Of a stretch of 64,000 nucleotides of DNA, positions 55,727 through 64,000 are shown in pieces. This stretch comes from an uncultured virus (IMG/VR IMGVR_UViG_3300027969_000053) (taxonomy: Duplodnaviria; Heunggongvirae; Uroviricota; Caudoviricetes): the IMG/VR virus record IMGVR_UViG_3300027969_000053. The stretch is one strand, 5' to 3'. The notes below the pieces were generated by a model, which saw only the letters and a list, made by a program, of their open reading frames with translations, did not search any database and was not told where the DNA came from. Both the position numbers and the translations under genes were made by a program. Within the stretch, counting starts at the first letter, position 1, and each line of letters starts with the position of its first letter.

Positions 55727-56553
55727 TGATTTATATTTCTGGGTCTAATGGATTGATCGGAACAGAACTGACAAAAAATATTCAAAACTATATTCCAATC
55801 TCTTATAGGAATCAATATCCAGAAATAAATTTTTTATCGAATTCTACATTGATTCATTTATCTTCATCAACCACTCCTAGAAATAGTTTTGGTGAATTGC
55901 AATCATCATTTAATAGTGATGTTTTGATTCCTTTTGAATTGTTTCAAAATTATTTAAAAGTAAATTCAAATGGAAGAATTATTTTTCTTTCTACTGCTGG
56001 GGATTTACATAGTTCTGAATTTGATGTTTGGTCTAATGAAGAATCAGAACCTATTCCAAAGTCAATTTATGGCGCACATAAATTACTTTTAGAACATTGT
56101 ACAAAGTTACTTCATAGTCAATATGATTTTACGAGTATAGTTTTAAGAACTACAAATGTTTATGGTGGAAAGATTGACCCAAAAAGAGTGAATGGATTGA
56201 TTGATAAATTGATTTCAAATAATAATGAAATCGTAATAACATCAAATATTAAAACGACAGTTAATTTTATTCATATTAGTGATTTGATTAGTTTAATTTT
56301 GCAATCATTGGATGCGAATCTTAAAGGATTTAATTTATTTTTGGTTGGCAGTGAAAAATCCATTTCTATTCAGGATTTGATTGAAAAAATATCATCATAT
56401 ATTTCTCCAAATATTGTATTTAAAAATGAGAATTCAAATCCCTCATACATAAACATAGACACCTCAAAGGTGCAAAAATATCTCAATTGGAAATGCAAAT
56501 ATTCAATTGATAGTGGTATAATTAAACAAGTACAATCTTTGAATTCTTTATGA
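55726..56553 (+). CDS. NAD-dependent epimerase/dehydratase
   Basis: GSNGLIG, YGAHK, LRTTNVYG. Confidence 0.8.
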   Translation: MIYISGSNGLIGTELTKNIQNYIPISYRNQYPEINFLSNSTLIHLSSSTTPRNSFGELQSSFNSDVLIPFELFQNYLKVNSNGRIIFLSTAGDLHSSEFDVWSNEESEPIPKSIYGAHKLLLEHCTKLLHSQYDFTSIVLRTTNVYGGKIDPKRVNGLIDKLISNNNEIVITSNIKTTVNFIHISDLISLILQSLDANLKGFNLFLVGSEKSISIQDLIEKISSYISPNIVFKNENSNPSYINIDTSKVQKYLNWKCKYSIDSGIIKQVQSLNSL

Positions 56554-57269
56554 AAATTGCTATTTCATTTTTTGGGACAGGAAGTTATTTGAATTTTCTT
56601 CCTAATTGGTATACGTCCATTCATGATAATTTTCTTCCAGGTGTAGAAAAAAAGTTTATTGTATTTACAGATGGAGAGGGTGATTTTCCAGAAGATGTTA
56701 CTAAAATAGAAATAGAACATTTTGGGTGGCCTGATGTTTTTTACAAAACATTTGAAACAATCTTGAAAGCAAAAGAAATTATTTCTGAATGCGATTGGTT
56801 TATTTCTATTGATGCGGATATGATTGTTAATGGCAAAGTATCTATTGAAGAATTTATTGATGAAACCAAAGATTATATTGGAGTTCATCATCCTTGTGCT
56901 TATTTAAAACTTCCACCACACGACAAATATCCAGGATCTTTTGATGTAAATCCACTATCAAATGCTTACATCACCGAAGATATGGATACTTCTGTTTATT
57001 ATCAAGGATGTTTATGGGGTGGAAAGGTTCCTGAAATTATTGAAATGATGGAACTTTTAGATGAATGGACAAAGAAAGATATTGAAAAGAATTCTACTCC
57101 CGTTTGGTATGAAGAATCTTATTTTAATAAGTTTTTTATTACAAACAAAGAAAGAGTACATACACTTCCTCCGTCATTTGCTTATCCAGAAGACTTTAAA
57201 CAATATTGCGATTTTGAAGAAAAAATCACACATATCTCTAAAAATAATCAACAATATCATAATCAATGA
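56550..57269 (+). CDS. GT6-family glycosyltransferase
   Basis: GTGSY, VFTD, GWP, DAD, YYQGCLWGG, WYEESYFNK. Confidence 0.85.
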   Translation: MKIAISFFGTGSYLNFLPNWYTSIHDNFLPGVEKKFIVFTDGEGDFPEDVTKIEIEHFGWPDVFYKTFETILKAKEIISECDWFISIDADMIVNGKVSIEEFIDETKDYIGVHHPCAYLKLPPHDKYPGSFDVNPLSNAYITEDMDTSVYYQGCLWGGKVPEIIEMMELLDEWTKKDIEKNSTPVWYEESYFNKFFITNKERVHTLPPSFAYPEDFKQYCDFEEKITHISKNNQQYHNQ

Positions 57270-58048
57270 CTATGACTAAAAATTTATCAGTTTATTATCA
57301 TATCTGGAGTCCTGGCGGAACGGATCTTTGGAAATTGATGGTAGACGAACAACTTAAAAGAATTTATCGCAATGGACTTACGGAAAGTGCTTCTATCTAT
57401 TGCGCTATTAATGGACCACAAGCAAACCGAATTGCAGAATATATCTCCATCTATGATTGGTTAAATGTTCTTGATGTTTCAATTGATGAAAGTGAGTATG
57501 AAGGATTCACTTTAAAGAGAGCATACGAAGAGGCACATTTCAATCCAGATTTGAAAGCAGTTGCTTATCTTCATACAAAAGGCATTAGTCATATGTGTGG
57601 AGTTCGGGATCATTACTCTGATCGTAAGTTTAGAGCAGTGAATAGTTGGAGACATCAAATGGAATGGGGCATTCTTGATCGGTGGAAAGAAGCGGTAGAA
57701 AAACTTGACGAATATCAAGTTTCTGGTGTAAATTATTGTTTGGATCCTTGGCCTCATATGAGTGGAAACTTTTGGTGGGCACGGGCGGATTATCTTAAAA
57801 CTTTAATTCATCCCACTAGAGATAGATTTCCAAATGACAATAGAGATTTTGGACCAATTCAAAGAATGAATTTTGAAAAATGGATTGGACTGAATAATCC
57901 AAAATCTTTCAGTTTTTACGATGCTCCATTTAGTTATGATTTTAAAGGAATGACACCAGATGTACAACCAACACCCCCAGGAGAACCGCATTGGTTCTGG
58001 TTGTACCGAGACGACATTGAACCCTATTATAGAAAGGAAGGTAACTGA
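57266..58048 (+). CDS. glycan-related hypothetical protein
   Basis: YLHTKG, HMSGNFWWA, EKWI. Confidence 0.65.
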   Translation: MTMTKNLSVYYHIWSPGGTDLWKLMVDEQLKRIYRNGLTESASIYCAINGPQANRIAEYISIYDWLNVLDVSIDESEYEGFTLKRAYEEAHFNPDLKAVAYLHTKGISHMCGVRDHYSDRKFRAVNSWRHQMEWGILDRWKEAVEKLDEYQVSGVNYCLDPWPHMSGNFWWARADYLKTLIHPTRDRFPNDNRDFGPIQRMNFEKWIGLNNPKSFSFYDAPFSYDFKGMTPDVQPTPPGEPHWFWLYRDDIEPYYRKEGN

Positions 58049-58049
58049 T

Positions 58050-58772
58050 ATGACTTTTGGATGCTTTCATACAGTGTATGAAAATAAAAGAGCAACAGAG
58101 TTTATTTTGCAAGAGTTTAGAAAATATTATCCAGATGCTCCTTATACTTTGATTTGTGATGGTGGAGTAGATTACTCTGATCTTGCTGTAAAGTACAATT
58201 GTAAATATATTCATTCGTATATGCATATTGGCAGAAGAAATTCTGGGGATCCTTCTGGAATTTATGGATTCACAAAGGATGAAAGTCTTCATTGGATTCA
58301 TATGTTTAGGGAGGCAGCAAGACACGTTAAAGAAAATGGTGGAACACATATGATTATGATGGAAGATGATGTTCTCACTCAAGGTGAAGTGAAAATTAAT
58401 CCAATTTGGGAATGTGCTGGATTTGATGTTCCGGGAAATAAAATTTCTCCTGGTCTTTTGAAGTTTATTGAAGAAAAGTATAATGCAAAACCAAATGTTG
58501 ATTGGTATGGTGCTGGTGGCGGAACCATTTATAATATTGAAACATTTTTAGATAACTATCATAAAATCTATGATTTTATTGATTTTGATTTTGAAAATAT
58601 TCTAGAAAATATGGATTATAGATTTGGTTGGTTGGATCTTTATATGCAAATTGCTTATTTTGTAATTGGTAAACATTATTCAATTAATACAAATTTAACT
58701 GAAGTTTGGAAAACACCAAACTTTAGGGATAGTGAATTTACTCTTGTTCATGCTTATAAGGAATTATACTGA
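58050..58772 (+). CDS. putative GT-A glycosyltransferase
   Basis: ICDGG, MMEDD; island context. Confidence 0.55.
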   Translation: MTFGCFHTVYENKRATEFILQEFRKYYPDAPYTLICDGGVDYSDLAVKYNCKYIHSYMHIGRRNSGDPSGIYGFTKDESLHWIHMFREAARHVKENGGTHMIMMEDDVLTQGEVKINPIWECAGFDVPGNKISPGLLKFIEEKYNAKPNVDWYGAGGGTIYNIETFLDNYHKIYDFIDFDFENILENMDYRFGWLDLYMQIAYFVIGKHYSINTNLTEVWKTPNFRDSEFTLVHAYKELY

Positions 58773-59749
58773 TGAAAATTGCATTTATTGGACCTGGAAT
58801 TATGCCCATTCCTCCTGATGGGTGGGGGGCAGTTGAATCTTTAATCTGGGAAATTGCTTGTGAACTTGGGGAAATGGGTCATAGTGGAACAATTATTAAT
58901 GATCCAAATTTGAATGAAATTATTAAAACAGTCCAACAAGATGAGTACGATTTCATTCATTTATTTTATGATGTTTTTCACCCAATTATGGATGAGATTA
59001 AAAGGTTGTGTCCCAAATCTATAACTGCGATTAGTAGTGCTTATCCTTATGTGGATCAATTTCAATTTCATCAAAGAGATGGATATGATAAAACATATAA
59101 GTGGTTGATTGAACAAAAAAATCATTATAATTTTTGTTTGTCTGATAAAGATTTTGAAACATTTAAAAAGGGTGGAGCAGACGAATCAAAACTTTTGAGA
59201 CTTGGACTTGGTGCTCAACATAAGAATTTTAAATTTAATATTGAATGCGAAAAACCAAATAAAACCCTATATATGGCAAAAATTGAAGTTAGAAAACGTC
59301 AATGGGTCTATCAGTCAATTGATAGCATTGAGTTTGTTGGTAGATATTCTCCCACAACTACATTTGATAAACTTCATAAAAGTTATATTGGAGAGTGGAC
59401 AACAGAACAAAAACACGAAAATGTAACCAAGTATGCAAATTTACTTCTTCTTTCTGATGGTGAAAATGGGACTCCGCTCGTAATTAAAGAGGCACTTGTT
59501 TCTGGTATTGGTGTGGTTTGTTCTAAGTATGCTGCTTATGATTTGGATCATAGTCTTCCATTTATTACAGTTGTTCCTGATGATAAATTAAATGACTTGA
59601 ATTATGTGAGTAATGCAATTAAAGAAAATCGTGAAGTATCTGTGAACATGCGACAGCAAATTCATGAATATGGTGTAAATAATTTTTCTTGGGAGAATAT
59701 TGTAAAACCTTATATTCAAACTATTGAAAAATTGGAGAGTGTTCAGTGA
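58772..59749 (+). CDS. GT4-like glycosyltransferase
   Basis: IPPDGWGAVE, LSDGE..PLVIKEAL. Confidence 0.8.
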   Translation: MKIAFIGPGIMPIPPDGWGAVESLIWEIACELGEMGHSGTIINDPNLNEIIKTVQQDEYDFIHLFYDVFHPIMDEIKRLCPKSITAISSAYPYVDQFQFHQRDGYDKTYKWLIEQKNHYNFCLSDKDFETFKKGGADESKLLRLGLGAQHKNFKFNIECEKPNKTLYMAKIEVRKRQWVYQSIDSIEFVGRYSPTTTFDKLHKSYIGEWTTEQKHENVTKYANLLLLSDGENGTPLVIKEALVSGIGVVCSKYAAYDLDHSLPFITVVPDDKLNDLNYVSNAIKENREVSVNMRQQIHEYGVNNFSWENIVKPYIQTIEKLESVQ

Positions 59750-60699
59750 AAATCTGCATCATTGGTCCTGGATTTTCTCAAATTCCACCAGTTGGTTGGG
59801 GTGCTGTTGAAATTGTAATTTGGGATACAGCAAATACGTTGAAAGAATTAGGACATCAAGTAGATATTATTAATACTACTGATCCCCAACAAATTCTTTC
59901 AACAATTAATCAAATTAATCCGGATTTTGTTCACGTTCATTATGATGATTATGTCTTCTTGTATCCATATATTCAATTTCCAAAAGCAATTACAACGCAT
60001 TATGGATATCTAGAAAGACCAGAAATGTATGGTGCTTACTCATATAAAGCAAATGGATTTGCAAATATCAAACCAAATGTTTTTGCTTTGTCTGATGGTA
60101 TTAAAAGTATCTATCAAAATCAAATGAGAATTCCGGAACAAAACTTATATACTGTTCCAAATGGTGTGATTAATGAGAATTTTAAATTTACTAATACACC
60201 AGAATTTCCAAATAGATCAATCTACCTAGCAAAAGTAGATTACAGAAAGAGGCAGTGTTTATTTCAATCAATATCTTCAATTTATTATGCTGGAAATATT
60301 GTAGATGAAAGATTTGATAGAAATAAAAATTATCTTGGGGAATGGTCAAAAGAAGATTTGTATAATAATTTAACTGATTATGCGAATCTTATTTTACTCT
60401 CTGATGGTGAAGCACATCCACTTGTTTGTATGGAAGCACTCTCTGCTGGATTGGGTCTTGTGATTTCTGAATGGGCAACTGCTAATTTGGATTTAAATAA
60501 AGATTTCATTACTGTTATTCCTGAAAGTAAAATTATAGACTTGGAATATGTGTCTTTAAAAATTGAAGAAAATAGAACAATATCTTTACAAAAAAGAAAT
60601 GAAATAGTAGAGTATTCAAAAGAATTTGCTTGGAAAAAACAAATTGAAAACTATTATATTCCTGCTGTAAAACAAGTTATGCAAAAATCTAATGGATAA
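59746..60699 (+). CDS. GT4-like glycosyltransferase, paralog of the upstream gene
   Basis: IPPVGWGAVE, PNGV, LSDGEAHPLVCMEAL. Confidence 0.8.
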   Translation: MKICIIGPGFSQIPPVGWGAVEIVIWDTANTLKELGHQVDIINTTDPQQILSTINQINPDFVHVHYDDYVFLYPYIQFPKAITTHYGYLERPEMYGAYSYKANGFANIKPNVFALSDGIKSIYQNQMRIPEQNLYTVPNGVINENFKFTNTPEFPNRSIYLAKVDYRKRQCLFQSISSIYYAGNIVDERFDRNKNYLGEWSKEDLYNNLTDYANLILLSDGEAHPLVCMEALSAGLGLVISEWATANLDLNKDFITVIPESKIIDLEYVSLKIEENRTISLQKRNEIVEYSKEFAWKKQIENYYIPAVKQVMQKSNG

Positions 60700-61489
60700 A
60701 AACAAATCTACCTACAAACTTCAAGGAATTGGTCCAATTTATTACATTAATCTTGATGGACAACCAGAAAGAAAACAATATGTAGAAGATCAATTTGAGT
60801 ATTGGGAAATTGAAAATTACACTCGTATTTCTGCTTATGATGGTCGTAATGATGATTTAAGTGATATTATATCTGGTCGTTATCCAGATAATATGACTTC
60901 TGGTGAGATTGGGTGTGTCACCTCCCACCTTAAAGCAATCAAGCATTGGTACGAAACAACAGATAGTCCATATGCAATTATTATGGAAGATGATGTTGAT
61001 CTGCAACTTGTAAAGAATTGGGATTTTTCTTGGAAAGATTTTTACTCATTGATTCCCTATGATTGGGATGTAGTTCAACTTGCTATTATTTGTACTGGAC
61101 CTTTACATATCAAACTTCATAAAAGATTTGTAAATAACTTTTCTACTGCCGCTTATATGATTAATCGGCATCACGCAGAAAAACTTTTAAAGTTTCATAT
61201 TCGGGGTGATAAGTATAAACTTGATAATGGATGCAAACCAAGAGCGGTTGCAGATGATCTAGTTTATAATTCTGGAAATACTTATAGTATTCCTTTACTT
61301 CTTTATAAAATTCAATTGGGTTCTTCTATTCACCCAGAGCACGTTGATATTTTTCACAAATCAAGTCACGATGGTCTCTTAGAATTTTGGCAACAGAAAG
61401 GGGCAGGATTGAATATTCGGGAACTGATGGATTATGATCCTTATCTTGGTAGAATTACTGAAAATGTTCCAGAACAAAGTAACACTTGA
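60692..61489 (+). CDS. GT25-family glycosyltransferase
   Basis: YINLD...ERK, GEIGCVTSH, IMEDDV. Confidence 0.85.
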   Translation: MDKNKSTYKLQGIGPIYYINLDGQPERKQYVEDQFEYWEIENYTRISAYDGRNDDLSDIISGRYPDNMTSGEIGCVTSHLKAIKHWYETTDSPYAIIMEDDVDLQLVKNWDFSWKDFYSLIPYDWDVVQLAIICTGPLHIKLHKRFVNNFSTAAYMINRHHAEKLLKFHIRGDKYKLDNGCKPRAVADDLVYNSGNTYSIPLLLYKIQLGSSIHPEHVDIFHKSSHDGLLEFWQQKGAGLNIRELMDYDPYLGRITENVPEQSNT

Positions 61490-61514
61490 CAAGTCTTAAC
61501 ATTTCCTATATAAT
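61486..61514 (+). promoter_or_regulatory. sigma70-type promoter for the hli genes
   Basis: TTGACA-17-TATAAT. Confidence 0.8.
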
Positions 61515-61541
61515 TGTGTAGTAAAACTTCATAAAACAAAA

Positions 61542-61751
61542 ATGACTGTAACAACCAATGAGCGCGGGCAAAATAATATGTGGGCACTTGAGCCAAAAGT
61601 TTATATTTCTGATGAAGATGCAATCAAATATGGAATTAAAACTTATGCCGAACGTGCAGAGCTTGCTAATGGAAAATTTGCGATGCTTGGATTTGTTGCC
61701 GCAATTATATCTTATGCGACAACAGGACACCTCTTTTTTGGTGTAATCTAA
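61542..61751 (+). CDS. hli: high-light-inducible protein
   Basis: AELANGKFAMLGF. Confidence 0.9.
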   Translation: MTVTTNERGQNNMWALEPKVYISDEDAIKYGIKTYAERAELANGKFAMLGFVAAIISYATTGHLFFGVI

Positions 61752-61837
61752 TGGGAGAAGCAATCTTTACCATCGCAAGCATTGCCTTCTTTGTGCTTCT
61801 TTCACATTCTATCAATCAACTTTCAGAAACTTACTAA
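61751..61837 (+). CDS. 28-aa hydrophobic peptide between the hli genes
   Basis: TAATG coupling; MGEAIFTIASIAFFVLLSHSINQLSETY. Confidence 0.5.
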   Translation: MGEAIFTIASIAFFVLLSHSINQLSETY

Positions 61838-61850
61838 CGGAGAAACAAAA

Positions 61851-61970
61851 ATGAAATTCGGATTTACCCCTGAGGCAGAACTTCTTAATTCTCGCCTCGC
61901 AATGCTTGGATTTGTAATCGCAGTTGGCACTTATCTCGCCACTGGGCAAATTCTGCCTGGAGTATGGTGA
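61851..61970 (+). CDS. hli: high-light-inducible protein
   Basis: MKFGFTPEAELLNSRLAMLGF...TGQILPG; GGAG Shine-Dalgarno. Confidence 0.92.
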   Translation: MKFGFTPEAELLNSRLAMLGFVIAVGTYLATGQILPGVW

Positions 61971-62009
61971 GACCCTAACACAAGTAAGCAATTATACTTA
62001 TTCTTTGCT

Positions 62010-62042
62010 ATCCTCACTCTAAATAAGGGTGAGGATTTTTTT
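62010..62042 (+). terminator. intrinsic terminator after hli
   Basis: ATCCTCACTC/GGGTGAGGAT plus T-run. Confidence 0.75.
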
Positions 62043-62130
62043 GTTTGGACGATGTATAATATATTGGAGATTTATTTTTTAGTCATTTTTGTCGTTCTGG
62101 TGCTGAAGGCAGCGACTTTCAAATGACCCC

Positions 62131-62164
62131 TTGACAGGACCCAGGGACCGTGCTATGATAAATA
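62131..62164 (+). promoter_or_regulatory. overlapping sigma70 and late promoters for psbA
   Basis: TTGACA-17-TATGAT overlapping ATAAATA(62158-62164). Confidence 0.75.
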
Positions 62165-62199
62165 AGTCAGGAAACGAAGACAAATCTTTACGTTTCTTA

Positions 62200-62318
62200 A
62201 CCTTCTGTAACCGAGATCATCAGAAGTAAAGCGTCTCTCATATCCGTACTGGAGGGTGGTACGGAAATAACTGTAACATTCAGTTCCCCCTGAATTCTTA
62301 TTTACCCTTTAACGAAAA
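62200..62318 (+). ncRNA. structured psbA leader, probably the PhotoRC-II-type motif
   Basis: CTTCTG/CAGAAG, GAGA/TCTC, TCCGTAC-TGGAGGGTG-GTACGGA, ATTCAG/CTGAAT; family match is from recall, not a search. Confidence 0.6.
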
Positions 62319-63398
62319 ATGACTGCTACAATTGCTACACGTTCTGATAATAATGTCTGGGAACAGTTTTGTTCTTGGATTACTTCTACCGACAACCGTC
62401 TTTATGTTGGTTGGTTCGGTGTTCTACTTATTCCAACAGTTTTAACTGCAACCATCTGCTTTATTCTTGCTTTTATTGCGGCACCTCCAACAGATCTGGA
62501 CGGAATTAGGGAAGCAGTATCTGGTTCTCTAATGTATGGCAATAACATTATTAGTGCTTCAGTAATTCCTAGTTCTAATGCCATAGGATTGCATCTATAC
62601 CCAATTTGGGAAGCACAATCTCTGGAAGAATGGCTATACAATGGAGGCGAATATCAACTTATTGTTTTCCATTTTATGATTGCAATTTATGCTTATATGG
62701 GTCGTGAATGGGAACTTTCATATAGGTTGTCAATGCGCCCTTGGATTTGTGTTGCTTATAGTGCTCCTGTTGCTGCTGCTACTGCTATCTTTCTTGCTTA
62801 TCCAATTTCACAAGGTTCATTTTCTGATGGATTTCCTTTGGGAATTTCGGGCCAATTTAATTTTATGTTAGTCTTTCAGGCAGAGCATAATATTCTTATG
62901 AATCCGTTTCATATGTTAGGTGTTGCTGGTGTTTTTGGTGGCGCTTTAGTTTCTGCCACTCACGGATCACTCGTAACAAGTTCTCTTGTGAGAGAAACTA
63001 CTGAGGAGGAAAGTCAAAATAAAGGATATAAATTTGGTCAAGAACAAGAAACTTATAATTTAGTTGCCGCACACGGGTATCTGGGTCGTCTTCTGTTTCA
63101 ATATGCATCCTTTAATAATAGTCGTTCATTGCACTTTGTGATGGCTGCACTACCTGTTATTGGTATTTGGTTTGCTGCTTGTGGAATTTTTATGTCTGGT
63201 TTTAATCTCAACGGTCTAAATTATGTTCATAGTATCCAAGATAACCAAATGAGAACAATTCCTACTTGGGCGGACGTATTGAACCGGGCAAATTTGGGAA
63301 TTGAAACAATTCACGAAAGAAATAGCCATCAGTTTCCATTAGATTTGGCATTTTCTGCTGGTTCGGAAATTGCACTTATTGCACCTTCAGTTGGTTGA
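62319..63398 (+). CDS. psbA: photosystem II D1 protein, divergent and intronless
   Basis: Colinear with D1 to A344; Y161, D170, E189, H190, H198, H215, H272, H332, E333, H337, D342 present. Confidence 0.97.
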   Translation: MTATIATRSDNNVWEQFCSWITSTDNRLYVGWFGVLLIPTVLTATICFILAFIAAPPTDLDGIREAVSGSLMYGNNIISASVIPSSNAIGLHLYPIWEAQSLEEWLYNGGEYQLIVFHFMIAIYAYMGREWELSYRLSMRPWICVAYSAPVAAATAIFLAYPISQGSFSDGFPLGISGQFNFMLVFQAEHNILMNPFHMLGVAGVFGGALVSATHGSLVTSSLVRETTEEESQNKGYKFGQEQETYNLVAAHGYLGRLLFQYASFNNSRSLHFVMAALPVIGIWFAACGIFMSGFNLNGLNYVHSIQDNQMRTIPTWADVLNRANLGIETIHERNSHQFPLDLAFSAGSEIALIAPSVG

Positions 63399-63424
63399 TA
63401 AAAAACTGAATATATGATAAATGA

Positions 63425-63451
63425 AGAGACCCATCAAAGGGTCTCTTTTTT
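63425..63451 (+). terminator. intrinsic terminator after psbA
   Basis: AAGAGACCC/GGGTCTCTT plus T-run; CTAAATA follows. Confidence 0.8.
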
Positions 63452-63486
63452 GTCTAAATATTTAAAATTAATCAACTTAAAAATAA

Positions 63487-63939
63487 ATGAAAGAATTAGA
63501 AAGGAAATGTAGAGACTGTGGTTTAATTAAATCAATTGCTGAATATTATAGAACAACTTATAAGAAAAAGGAATGTTATCATACTAATTGCAAATCTTGT
63601 TATATTAAAAGAAATCAGGAAAGATATGACCCAATAAAACAAAGAGATAATAATTTAAAACGTTTATATGGAAAGCAATTTGGAATTGATGAATATAATA
63701 AACTTCTAGAGAAGCAAGATTTTAAATGTGCTATATGCAAAACTACTGAAATTAAGGGTAGAAAAACTGGTAGAGGGGGGCAGATAGAAGTTTTTTATGT
63801 AGACCACGATCATAAGACGGGAAAAGTTCGTGGATTGCTTTGTAATATATGCAATAGAACTATGGGTTATGTTGGTGAAAATTCTGGAGTGTTGGAAGAA
63901 ATGATTAAATACCTACAAAAACACCAACCCACACCTTGA
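63487..63939 (+). CDS. EndoVII-motif homing endonuclease (F-CphI-like)
   Basis: CAIC...VDHDHKTGKVRGLLCNICN; N-terminal CxxC pairs; directly downstream of psbA. Confidence 0.85.
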   Translation: MKELERKCRDCGLIKSIAEYYRTTYKKKECYHTNCKSCYIKRNQERYDPIKQRDNNLKRLYGKQFGIDEYNKLLEKQDFKCAICKTTEIKGRKTGRGGQIEVFYVDHDHKTGKVRGLLCNICNRTMGYVGENSGVLEEMIKYLQKHQPTP

Positions 63940-64000
63940 CACCACCCCCCAAAAACTGCTATAATACTCACAACGTCGCAAACACATTATGAAACAACTC

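Noticed and set aside
61972..61996. Possible third copy of the 1005/38069 element (ACCCTAACA)
   Set aside because: Only 9 bp match, the spacing to the -10-like box differs, and the AGATA/TATCT part is absent
62052..62126. 24-aa hydrophobic ORF before the psbA promoter
   Set aside because: Too short, with no clear RBS, to support from sequence alone
63487..63939. Annotation as the T4 gp49 Holliday-junction resolvase
   Set aside because: The N-terminal CxxC domain and position directly after psbA fit an F-CphI-like homing endonuclease better, although gp49 is not formally excluded

Overview
This is a 64-kb segment of an AT-rich T4-like cyanomyovirus genome. In order it carries the replication/recombination core (uvsW, gp55, gp47, gp46, gp45, gp44, gp62, regA, hsp20, gp43, uvsX, gp41, mazG, gp61, nrdA, nrdB), putative virion/internal proteins, three peptidoglycan enzymes, an SLH-porin and Dps, two tRNAs plus a tRNA 3' fragment, a ~17-kb glycan-synthesis island, two hli genes and psbA. 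About ten free-standing endonuclease genes are scattered through it. The main observations are: (1) gp41 is fractured by an atypically split intein (16-aa IntN, 126-aa IntC) with an antisense HNH gene between the halves, and nrdA is fractured by a second split intein at its catalytic Cys. (2) Two paralogous GIY-YIG genes each carry the same cassette: late promoter, ~55-nt structured RNA, terminator-like hairpin, second late promoter. The RNA loop is complementary, with compensatory changes, to the first bases of the endonuclease mRNA. (3) A ~35-bp element occurs twice, 37 kb apart and inverted, each time at the start of a sigma70-type transcript. (4) A GIY-YIG gene has been disrupted by an inverted copy of its own homolog. 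(5) D1 is unusually divergent yet keeps all its Mn-cluster ligands, and lies beside an EndoVII-motif endonuclease. All assignments come from reading the sequence and recalling protein families; no searches were run.
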